A DNA stretch of 33,527 bases from a virus. Positions within the stretch are counted from its first letter, which is position 1. Each line of letters opens with the position of its first letter. Under the pieces are notes generated by a model that saw only the letters and a list, made by a program, of their open reading frames with translations, ran no database searches and was not told where the DNA came from. The translations under genes and the position numbers were made by a program. Below are positions 5,516 to 13,167 of this stretch, piece after piece. The DNA is taken from the IMG/VR virus record IMGVR_UViG_3300016480_000130. One strand, given 5' to 3'.

Positions 5516-5734
5516 ATGAAAACACTTTGGAAAAGACTAAGTAAAGAAAATAGAAATAAATTAAAAGTTTCTGCTAAAATGTATCCTCACTCGATAGGTA
5601 AATTAATAAAAGCATTGAAAACTGAATATTCTTATAGTAGCTTAACTTTTGAGTGTATTGTTTGGCTAATGCAAGAAACAACAGGCGAGCAAACGACAAT
5701 AACTAACGTAGATAAATTGTTTAACGATAAATAA
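5516..5734 (+). CDS. hypothetical protein (72 aa)
   Basis: First tracked ORF of the rightward early cluster. Confidence 0.5.
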   Translation: MKTLWKRLSKENRNKLKVSAKMYPHSIGKLIKALKTEYSYSSLTFECIVWLMQETTGEQTTITNVDKLFNDK

Positions 5735-5740
5735 AAAAAT

Positions 5741-6184
5741 ATGAAATTAATATCAATGACAGATTTTGTTTTACAAGAACAAAAAGGAGGACAACAAGTA
5801 AATTGTATTACTAGTAATTTGCATCACAAATTAAGAAAAATAAAAAAATACGCTAACTTTCTAAAACAACCTTTAAAACTAGAAATGTTTGTTCCTTGTG
5901 ATGAAGATGGAAATAAATTACAAGAACCAGAAGAATTTAAAGAATGGATGAAATCAGACCATTACTTTAATGCTTCAGAAAATGTTACTCATCAATGTAG
6001 AATGTACAAAAAAGCAAAAGAAAAAGTTTTGTTTGACGGTTTTGATATTTACTCAAATGGAGATTTACACAATGCTTTTGTAACATTTGAAAGTAGTAGA
6101 TTAGAAATAATGAACGTTGAAAATTTAATAACTGACTTTCAGTATAGTTTCTATTTAACACCAAACGCAATTAAACAATTATAA
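5741..6184 (+). CDS. hypothetical protein (147 aa)
   Basis: ORF closely packed with its neighbours. Confidence 0.55.
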   Translation: MKLISMTDFVLQEQKGGQQVNCITSNLHHKLRKIKKYANFLKQPLKLEMFVPCDEDGNKLQEPEEFKEWMKSDHYFNASENVTHQCRMYKKAKEKVLFDGFDIYSNGDLHNAFVTFESSRLEIMNVENLITDFQYSFYLTPNAIKQL

Positions 6185-6186
6185 TT

Positions 6187-6342
6187 ATGAAGAAGTTTAA
6201 AATTTATTACTGGAAACACAAAAACGATGAATGCATCGATTGTGAAAGAATTGTAGAAGCTCATAACTTTGATATAGCTTATCAAGAATTTAGAAAAAAT
6301 AACCCTTTTGTTAAAATTAGAGAAATAAAAGAAATATTATGA
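6187..6342 (+). CDS. hypothetical small protein (51 aa, MKKFKIYYWKHKNDECIDCERIVEAH...)
   Basis: Not in the ORF track because of its size. It starts 3 nt after the previous stop, and its TGA overlaps the ATG of the next small ORF. Confidence 0.4.
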   Translation: MKKFKIYYWKHKNDECIDCERIVEAHNFDIAYQEFRKNNPFVKIREIKEIL

Positions 6343-6518
6343 AAATAGAATTAATAGCTGGTAAATGGCACGTAAACGGAAAATCATTCCAAGAGTTAAC
6401 TCCTAACGAAAGAATGATACTAGATAATTTTTTTGAAGATTATAAAAACGGGAAAGAATTAGCAAGTGAAATAGTGATTGATGAAAGTTTAAAACAAGTA
6501 TTAAAAGAATTAATATGA
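6339..6518 (+). CDS. hypothetical small protein (59 aa, MKIELIAGKWHVNGKSFQEL...)
   Basis: Not in the ORF track. ATGA overlaps at both ends (6339-6342 and 6515-6518) fill an otherwise unexplained 330-nt gap. Confidence 0.45.
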   Translation: MKIELIAGKWHVNGKSFQELTPNERMILDNFFEDYKNGKELASEIVIDESLKQVLKELI

Positions 6519-7000
6519 CTTTATTAGAAATTAAAAAGCTTTGGGGTATTGATATAACCGAAAAAAATAGAACTCAATTATATGTCTTTTTACGCTATTT
6601 GTACCTAGAGGAAAATTTAGACAAAATAGATTATATTATTGCTAGGGAGTTAAATTTAGAACGTTCAACTGTAAATCAAGCAAGGAATAATCCTGAACGA
6701 TTTAACAAAGGATTTGTGTATTTATTTCTAAAAGATTTATATTATAAAAGAGATAAAGATTTAATTAAAAAATATAACGATTTTATAAAAGAAAAAAAAT
6801 TAGAACAAAAATGTCTTTATAAATCAAGATATGAAGCTAGTATAAAAGAAATAAATAAATCAACTGCTAATTTTAAAAGAAAAGAAAATTTATTTTTTGT
6901 ACTTGACAAATTAAGAGGTAAAAAAACTTATTTAAACTACAAAGTTTTTAATACTTGGGATGATCACGACTGGAACGAATTTTATAGACTAATTAAATAA
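6515..7000 (+). CDS. hypothetical protein, possible HTH DNA-binding
   Basis: 161 aa. IIARELNLERSTVNQARNN looks like an HTH recognition segment. Confidence 0.4.
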   Translation: MTLLEIKKLWGIDITEKNRTQLYVFLRYLYLEENLDKIDYIIARELNLERSTVNQARNNPERFNKGFVYLFLKDLYYKRDKDLIKKYNDFIKEKKLEQKCLYKSRYEASIKEINKSTANFKRKENLFFVLDKLRGKKTYLNYKVFNTWDDHDWNEFYRLIK

Positions 7001-7002
7001 TT

Positions 7003-7557
7003 ATGAACACAGCAAACATATATTTACTGCAAAACGCAAAAGGGCAATATGTATCGTATAATAAAATACACGGTTATTCCTTTTGCTTTAAAATACACGA
7101 TGCTCAATACACACGTAAAAAAGAAGAAGCAGAAGCATCAAAGCCAAGAATTGAACAATTACTAAATATTAAACTTGAAATAGTAAAATCAACTGAAGAA
7201 GAACTTTTATTCTCTTACGGTTTAACAGCTACACACGCTGTAATTACAGGAAGTTATTTTATTGAGTTTTTAGAGCTTATAAATTATAATATACCTACTA
7301 TTTCACAAGTTAATAAAAATATTAAAAAACACCTTGTAAATGCTATTAATTCACTTAAACCAATTGATATAAAGTTTAAAGATTTTGAGAGCGTAAAAGA
7401 TGATCAGACTTATGAGGTTTATGGCTATTACCAAGAAATGATACACGAATTAGCTAAAATAGATTTATATCATTGTAATAACATAACTCAATTATTAAAA
7501 GCCTATCAAAAAAGCCCTAAGTCTTTGGAAGGAATAACTAAAAAAATATTGCAATGA
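7003..7557 (+). CDS. hypothetical protein (184 aa)
   Basis: ORF whose end overlaps the next start by 4 nt. Confidence 0.55.
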   Translation: MNTANIYLLQNAKGQYVSYNKIHGYSFCFKIHDAQYTRKKEEAEASKPRIEQLLNIKLEIVKSTEEELLFSYGLTATHAVITGSYFIEFLELINYNIPTISQVNKNIKKHLVNAINSLKPIDIKFKDFESVKDDQTYEVYGYYQEMIHELAKIDLYHCNNITQLLKAYQKSPKSLEGITKKILQ

Positions 7558-8282
7558 AAAAAATAATATGGAGTTTATTCGATTCTGAAACAGCTATAAC
7601 ACAGGAATTAAATTCAGATAAATATATTGTTTATTCTATTGGCTTACCGAGTTCAAGTGCGGTAACTAATAATTTTATAAAAATGGATTTAAGTAAAAGA
7701 AGTTGTTTAAAGAAATTAGAAAAACTACCAAAACCTGATATAATTTTTGCAAGTCCACCATGCGAAACTTGGGTAAAAGTAAACATTGGTAATGTTATTT
7801 ATTTTGAAAGAAATTTTAACGAACATAATTTTTATTGGCAACTTAATTTTAAAGGAAATGACTTTATACCAAAATATAGAGAGTTTAGATTGTTAGGACA
7901 AAAAACAGCATTTTATACTTGCAAAGTAATTCAAAATTTTAATCCTGATTTATGGTGTATTGAAAATGGTAGTAGTAGTTATATTTTTAAATACTTAAAT
8001 AAATATCATAATTTAAAAGGTAATCAAAACAAAACTTTTTATTCAAGTTATGACAACATAAATTTCGGAAGAAAACCTACTACTATTTATAGTAATTTAA
8101 AAATGAATTTAAGAAACGATTTTAAAAAATCAAACATAGCAACAACAGACCATTTAACAGGAAATAAAAGAGGAACTAAAGAAGTAAGAATGGACTACTG
8201 TGAACGTTCAAAAGTACCAATTGAATTATATAAACATATAATTTCAATTTACGAAGGTAAAGAACAGTTAAATTTATTTTAA
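7554..8282 (+). CDS. cytosine-C5 DNA methyltransferase-like protein, divergent
   Basis: DIIFASPPCETW resembles motif IV (PC catalytic Cys) and WCIENGSS resembles motif VI (ENV). The N-terminal IIWSLFDSETA occupies the motif I position but lacks the G-x-G loop. At 242 aa it is short for the family. Confidence 0.5.
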   Translation: MKKIIWSLFDSETAITQELNSDKYIVYSIGLPSSSAVTNNFIKMDLSKRSCLKKLEKLPKPDIIFASPPCETWVKVNIGNVIYFERNFNEHNFYWQLNFKGNDFIPKYREFRLLGQKTAFYTCKVIQNFNPDLWCIENGSSSYIFKYLNKYHNLKGNQNKTFYSSYDNINFGRKPTTIYSNLKMNLRNDFKKSNIATTDHLTGNKRGTKEVRMDYCERSKVPIELYKHIISIYEGKEQLNLF

Positions 8283-8330
8283 ATAATTAAAATTTTTTTT
8301 TATATTTACATACATTTAAACATTAAAATT

Positions 8331-8774
8331 ATGAGCAAACATTTATTTGAGCTAATGCAACAACAAAGCATAGCAACTGACAATTTTTTACCAAATAAAA
8401 AAGAAATTGAATTTAGCAGTAAGCAATTTGCTAAAAATTTAATTGAAGCTGGTGAAATAGATAAATTTGAAGCTTTTGCACAGGCTGAAAGATTAGCACT
8501 TGCAACAGCCAACGTGAGAGATGAGATTAAAAAACATTTGCCACGTGAAAAACATTCATTCTTTGGAATTGAAATAACACCTGTAACAGGTAGAACAATG
8601 ATACAATTTCAAGATGATTTAGTTTGGGCAGAACTTAAAGAAAAGTTACAACAACGTGAGGAACTTTTAAAATTAGCTTTGAAAACAAACGAGCCTTTTT
8701 ACGATAGTGAAGGATGCGAAGTACCAAAAGTTTCTGTAAAATATGCTGCTGATTCCTTAACTGTTAAATATTAA
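8331..8774 (+). CDS. hypothetical protein (147 aa)
   Basis: ORF immediately upstream of the SSB candidate. Confidence 0.55.
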   Translation: MSKHLFELMQQQSIATDNFLPNKKEIEFSSKQFAKNLIEAGEIDKFEAFAQAERLALATANVRDEIKKHLPREKHSFFGIEITPVTGRTMIQFQDDLVWAELKEKLQQREELLKLALKTNEPFYDSEGCEVPKVSVKYAADSLTVKY

Positions 8775-8779
8775 TTTTG

Positions 8780-8787
8780 TATATTTG
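8780..8787 (+). promoter_or_regulatory. Bacteroidota-type -7 promoter box TATATTTG
   Basis: Exact TAnnTTTG match in the gap before the SSB candidate gene. Confidence 0.4.
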
Positions 8788-8848
8788 TTAAACTCAAAAG
8801 CGAGAAGGGTTGGCTCGCATTATTTCAATCCGTAAAACTTTATATATT

Positions 8849-9556
8849 ATGAGTAATAGAAAAAATGCCATTCAAGGTGGCGATGCAATCAAAAACCCAG
8901 CTACTAAATTCTTAAGCTGGAAATCAAACGACCAAGCATTTTCTTATTATGACAAAGACAAACAAGAAAATGTATTAGTAAAACTTCCTTTTAGATTTTT
9001 ATTTCTTGATCAATTACAATCTGTTAAAGGTTGGAGCGATGCCCTAAGTGGTCAAATTATTTCAAACGAAGTTAAGACTGTTTCAGACCAAGAGTTAAAT
9101 GTTATTTGTTACCATAAAAATAACAAAGGAGAAAACACAAAAACAACTATTGCAAAAGGTTTGTATTCTCAAATTAAAGACGCTGTTGTTTCTGCTGGTG
9201 CAAAATACCATAAATCAATTTACATTATGTTAGAAGATGCTACTTTAGCAAATATTCAGCTAAAAGGCGCAAGCGTTAAAGAATGGAGTGATTTCTTTAA
9301 TCGTTCTAAAAAACGTTTAGCCGATGAGTGGATTATAATTGATTCAGCTAAAGCTGGTAAAAAAGGAGCTGTTAAATTTACAACGCCTGAGTTTAAGTTT
9401 GAACGCTCATTATCTGAAAGCGAATCAGAGCAAGCCGATAGCGTATTTGATGAATTAGATGCTTATTTACAGCAATATCTTAAAAAGCCTATTATTAATG
9501 ATATAGAGGTTATAGAACCTGAAGAAGTTGAAGAAGTTGAAGAAGAAGATTTTTAA
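8849..9556 (+). CDS. single-stranded DNA-binding protein candidate (acidic C-terminal tail ending in Phe)
   Basis: The first ATG of the tracked ORF is at 8849; the track start at 8810 is TTG. The C-terminus EPEEVEEVEEEDF mirrors the acidic tail with terminal aromatic residue of T7 gp2.5-type and bacterial SSBs. It sits next to the origin-like region and the replication genes. Confidence 0.5.
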   Translation: MSNRKNAIQGGDAIKNPATKFLSWKSNDQAFSYYDKDKQENVLVKLPFRFLFLDQLQSVKGWSDALSGQIISNEVKTVSDQELNVICYHKNNKGENTKTTIAKGLYSQIKDAVVSAGAKYHKSIYIMLEDATLANIQLKGASVKEWSDFFNRSKKRLADEWIIIDSAKAGKKGAVKFTTPEFKFERSLSESESEQADSVFDELDAYLQQYLKKPIINDIEVIEPEEVEEVEEEDF

Positions 9557-9561
9557 GAATT

Positions 9562-9590
9562 AAACCACCTTTTAATAAGGTGGTTTTTTT
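9562..9590 (+). terminator. intrinsic terminator
   Basis: AAACCACCTT-ttaat-AAGGTGGTTT followed by TTTT, 6 nt after the stop at 9556. Confidence 0.75.
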
Positions 9591-9860
9591 ATGGTTTAAA
9601 ATTTTAAACAGGTTTAAAAAATAAACACTTAAAAATCAATTAGTTAAATTGTTTTTTAAACTTTTAAACTGGTTTAAAGAAAAAAGTAATTTATAAAAAA
9701 AATAAAAAAAATAAAAAAAATGTTTTTTTCATTAAACTTGGTTTAAAAGTTTAAAATAAAAAGTTAAGTAATTGATTTTTAGTTATTTAGTATTTTTTTT
9801 TAGTTTAAAAAAAGTTTAAAAAAGTTTAAAATTTTAAACCTATATTTTTTTTAAACAATG
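9591..9860. repeat. origin-of-replication-like region (GTTTAAA/TTTAAAC iterons, phased A-tracts, 17-bp inverted repeat)
   Basis: More than 10 copies of GGTTTAAA/GTTTAAAA and the inverse TTTTAAAC. (A8T)x3 at 9695-9721 followed by T7. Inverted repeat 9631-9647 / 9764-9780. Non-coding and directly upstream of the primase gene. Confidence 0.55.
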
Positions 9861-9883
9861 GTTGTTATTTATATAATAATTAT

Positions 9884-9891
9884 TATATTTG
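9884..9891 (+). promoter_or_regulatory. Bacteroidota-type -7 promoter box TATATTTG
   Basis: Exact TAnnTTTG match, with GTTG 19 nt upstream (9861-9864) as a partial -33 element. It precedes the primase leader. Confidence 0.5.
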
Positions 9892-10007
9892 TACTCGTTG
9901 AAGCTCTACCAACAAGGAAAGTATAACGTTAATTATTTAACGTAACCGAGAAACCCTTAAAGATAGTAGAGCATCTTTAGGGGTTTTCTCATTTTAAAAA
10001 GGATCAT
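9892..10007 (+). promoter_or_regulatory. structured 5' leader of the primase gene (attenuator-like)
   Basis: Hairpin 9926-9932/9937-9943. An 11-bp stem 9954-9964/9973-9983 followed by TTTTCTCATTTT. GCTCTAC (9903-9909) is complementary to the loop sequence GTAGAGC (9966-9972). Confidence 0.5.
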
Positions 10008-12245
10008 ATGAATTTAGAAAAAGTAAGAAAGTTTTATGATTATTTTAGCTTAATAGCTGTGAATGATAATAAAAAACCAAATCATCTTTGGAAGTCTTGC
10101 CAAACAGAAAAGATGCCTTGGAATGAATTAGAAAATGAATTATCAAAAGTTTCTAATTTTGGAATCGTTACAGGTTTTGAGGATTTAGAGTGTATTGATA
10201 TTGACTTAAAAGTTTTTTCAACTGCTAAAGAACAAAAAGATTTCTTTGATGAATATATAGGTTATTTAAAAGATAATATTTTAGATTTTGAAAAAAAGAT
10301 AGTAGTATATAAAACTAAAAACGCTGGTTATCATTTGCTTTATAAATCAAAAAGAGTTCAGGGCAATTTAAAACTTGCTAAATTAAAAGGACATACTGAG
10401 GCTGTCATTGAAACTAGGGGAATAGGCGGTTATATTTTTGCATATCCTGAAAATAAAATCTCTAATTTAAGCTATTTTAATATACAATATATTTCTGATG
10501 ATGATAGAGATATTATTATGTCTTTTTCTAAAATGTATAATCATGTTGAAGCTATACCAGAAACACCTAAGAAACAAAAAAATACAAATTTTGATGGAAT
10601 AACTCCTTGGGATGATTATAACGAAAAAACAAATATTTTTGATGTAATAGACTCTGACTTCACTATTGTAGGTAATCATACAAAAAGATATGTTATTAAA
10701 AGACACGGGTCTAAAAGCCCTCATAGTGGATATATTTTTAAAGATACTGGTTTTATGTATCTATTTAGTACAGGTACGATATACCCACATGAAAAACTTA
10801 TAACTCCTTTTTTAGCTTATGCTTATAAATACCACAATGGTAATTTATCAGAAGCCACAAAAGAAATATATAAATTAGGTTTTGGGTCAAGAATTGTCGT
10901 AAAAGAAAACGAGCCTGAAGAAAAAATAATATTAAAAAAAGATGATTTAGTTTTTCCTTTGGAAATATATCCTAAGTCAGTGCAAAATTATATTATTGAA
11001 TGTTCTCAAACATTAGATAGTTCAATTGATTATATGGGTTGTTCTTTGTTATGGTTAATATCCCTATCAATAGGTAATTCAATGGTTATTGAAGTCAAAA
11101 GAGGATGGGTTGAAAATTGTGTTGTTTGGGTTGCAATTGTTGGGAAGGCTGGTATTGGTAAAACACCATCAATCTCTAATATTATTTTTCCATTAGAAAA
11201 AATAAATAATAGAGAAATATCTAATTACATTAAAGAATACGAAAAATACGAATATTATAACTCTTTAAGTAAAAAAGAACAAGAGGAATTTCCTGAAGTT
11301 CAAAAGCCTAAAAAAAGCCAATTTATGGCTAATGACATTACAGTTGAAGCTTTAGTCGACTTACATCAGCAGTCTGATAACGCTGTAGGTGTTTTCAAGG
11401 ATGAACTTGCTGGATGGTTTAAAGACATGAATAAGTATAAACAAGGATCTGATTTAGAATTTTGGCTGTCTACTTGGAGCGGAAAAGCTGTAAATTTAAA
11501 TAGATTAACTAGAGCTGGGTCTTTTGTTGCAAAGCCTTTTTTTCCTGTTCTTGGTGGTATTCAACCAAGTATTTTTAATTCTTTTTATACTGAAGAAAAT
11601 AAAGATAATGGTTTTATTGACAGAATGCTTTTGTCTTATCCTGAGTTACAAGTTGAAAAATATAATGAATCAGAGATGAATTATGAGACTATACAATGGT
11701 ATAGTGATACTATTGTGGCTTTCTTTGAACGTATAAAAACTAATTTAGTAAAAAGAGATGATAATCAAAAAATAGATCCTATTGTTTTAAAATTTTCTGA
11801 AGAAGCAAAAAAAGAATGGATTAGGATTTACAATGATATAACAATAATTCAAAATGATGATTCTGAAAACGAATATATGAAATCAATGTTGCCTAAACAA
11901 AAATCATATATTCCTAGATTTGCTCTTTTAATTCACGTATTTAATGCTATTGGTGAGCCTAGTTATAATTTACAAGAAATTTCAAAAGATAGTATTTTGA
12001 AAGCTGAAAAACTATCTAAATATTTTATTGCCATGGCAAAGAAAATAAAAATAGATAGCGTTGAAGTCTCAGAAATAAAACAAATTTTAAAAGACCAAAA
12101 AGGTAAGACAACTAAAGAAAAATTTGAGCAACTTTATTTAGCTAATAAAAACTTAAATAAAAAAGAAGTCTCAGAACAATTGGGAGTTTCTCTACAAATG
12201 ATTTATAAATACATAAAACAAATTGAAAATGGAACTGAAATATAA
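10008..12245 (+). CDS. bifunctional primase-polymerase (prim-pol) fused to a DUF3987-type helicase/NTPase, with C-terminal HTH
   Basis: The N-terminus has ECIDIDLK (DxD), NAGYHLLYK and ETRGIGGYIFAYP, as in prim-pol domains. The central region has the Walker A motif GKAGIGKTPS. The C-terminal segment is EVSEQLGVSLQMIYKYIK. Confidence 0.8.
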   Translation: MNLEKVRKFYDYFSLIAVNDNKKPNHLWKSCQTEKMPWNELENELSKVSNFGIVTGFEDLECIDIDLKVFSTAKEQKDFFDEYIGYLKDNILDFEKKIVVYKTKNAGYHLLYKSKRVQGNLKLAKLKGHTEAVIETRGIGGYIFAYPENKISNLSYFNIQYISDDDRDIIMSFSKMYNHVEAIPETPKKQKNTNFDGITPWDDYNEKTNIFDVIDSDFTIVGNHTKRYVIKRHGSKSPHSGYIFKDTGFMYLFSTGTIYPHEKLITPFLAYAYKYHNGNLSEATKEIYKLGFGSRIVVKENEPEEKIILKKDDLVFPLEIYPKSVQNYIIECSQTLDSSIDYMGCSLLWLISLSIGNSMVIEVKRGWVENCVVWVAIVGKAGIGKTPSISNIIFPLEKINNREISNYIKEYEKYEYYNSLSKKEQEEFPEVQKPKKSQFMANDITVEALVDLHQQSDNAVGVFKDELAGWFKDMNKYKQGSDLEFWLSTWSGKAVNLNRLTRAGSFVAKPFFPVLGGIQPSIFNSFYTEENKDNGFIDRMLLSYPELQVEKYNESEMNYETIQWYSDTIVAFFERIKTNLVKRDDNQKIDPIVLKFSEEAKKEWIRIYNDITIIQNDDSENEYMKSMLPKQKSYIPRFALLIHVFNAIGEPSYNLQEISKDSILKAEKLSKYFIAMAKKIKIDSVEVSEIKQILKDQKGKTTKEKFEQLYLANKNLNKKEVSEQLGVSLQMIYKYIKQIENGTEI

Positions 12246-13167
12246 TTATTTATATAATAGACATAATCAAGTTGTTTTTGTTGAAAATGCAATTAAAGAT
12301 GATTATAAAATTTCATTAAAAAGTGATTTAGATTATACTTTTGTAGAGCCTTACAGCAGAAAAGATGGCACTATTGTAAGCGGACATTTTAAATTAAAAT
12401 CAGACAATCCTTTTGCATCCATAGGTAGTGTAGGCATAAATCCTGAAAGTATAGAACATATAAATGCTAAATTAGAAATAGTTTATAATAAAAAATATTA
12501 TGACACTATTTTTAATAAATGGATTGTTTTTGATAACGTAATTGAAGAACAAAAACAAGATGATAAAATACCAGATTTGTCTTGTTATGTAGATGATAAA
12601 TTAGTTTGTTTAATCGAAATTTATCACACTAATAAAAAAAATGAAATAGATATTGAAAAATTAAAATTAATAGGGGTTCCTGTTATAGAATTAGATACTT
12701 ATGGAAACACTAAACACCTTGTTTTACCAAAAATACTCGAATCTAACAAAAGAGAATATACAGAAATTAAAACAAGAATCGAAAACCTTAGAAGCGAATA
12801 TTCAAAACTTGCCATTGAGCTACATCCAGATGGAGAAAGAAAAATTAAAAAGTTTACTGAATGGTTATTTAATAGAAAAAGAAGAGAATTTAAAAGCTTT
12901 AGCCATATTTCAAGAGAACGAAAAGAATTACGAGAAGAGGATGCAATTAATAAAGATATTAAAAGAATTAAAAATGAAATTGAAAAAGCTGATTATAGAG
13001 TTGGAAAACTTGAGCAAGAAATTGAAAGAATTGAAAGCAGTATTAAGCAAAGAAGAAACTCTTTTAATGAAATTGCAAAACAAAGCAAAATCGAATGGTT
13101 TAGAAATAAATGGATGACATACGAACCACAAAACATAATTGAAGAGATTAAATATTGGATACAATGA
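12223..13167 (+). CDS. hypothetical protein: possible PD-(D/E)XK/CoiA-like nuclease domain plus C-terminal coiled coil
   Basis: IPDLSCYVDDKLVCLIEIYHTNKK resembles a restriction-endonuclease-like core. The C-terminal ~120 aa are heptad-like and K/E-rich. Located between the primase and helicase genes. Confidence 0.35.
   Translation: MKMELKYNYLYNRHNQVVFVENAIKDDYKISLKSDLDYTFVEPYSRKDGTIVSGHFKLKSDNPFASIGSVGINPESIEHINAKLEIVYNKKYYDTIFNKWIVFDNVIEEQKQDDKIPDLSCYVDDKLVCLIEIYHTNKKNEIDIEKLKLIGVPVIELDTYGNTKHLVLPKILESNKREYTEIKTRIENLRSEYSKLAIELHPDGERKIKKFTEWLFNRKRREFKSFSHISRERKELREEDAINKDIKRIKNEIEKADYRVGKLEQEIERIESSIKQRRNSFNEIAKQSKIEWFRNKWMTYEPQNIIEEIKYWIQ

Noticed and set aside
5401-5544. 47-aa ORF (MKTLFYLTLATIAMH...) in the divergent region
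   Set aside because: It overlaps the start of ORF 5516-5734 in another frame and lies in the AT-rich control region. It cannot be supported or excluded from sequence alone.
8810-8848. TTG-initiated N-terminal extensions of the SSB candidate (8810) and the sigma factor (14914)
   Set aside because: Both extensions run through leader hairpins directly downstream of TATATTTG promoter boxes. The first ATGs (8849 and 14938) give sensible N-termini.
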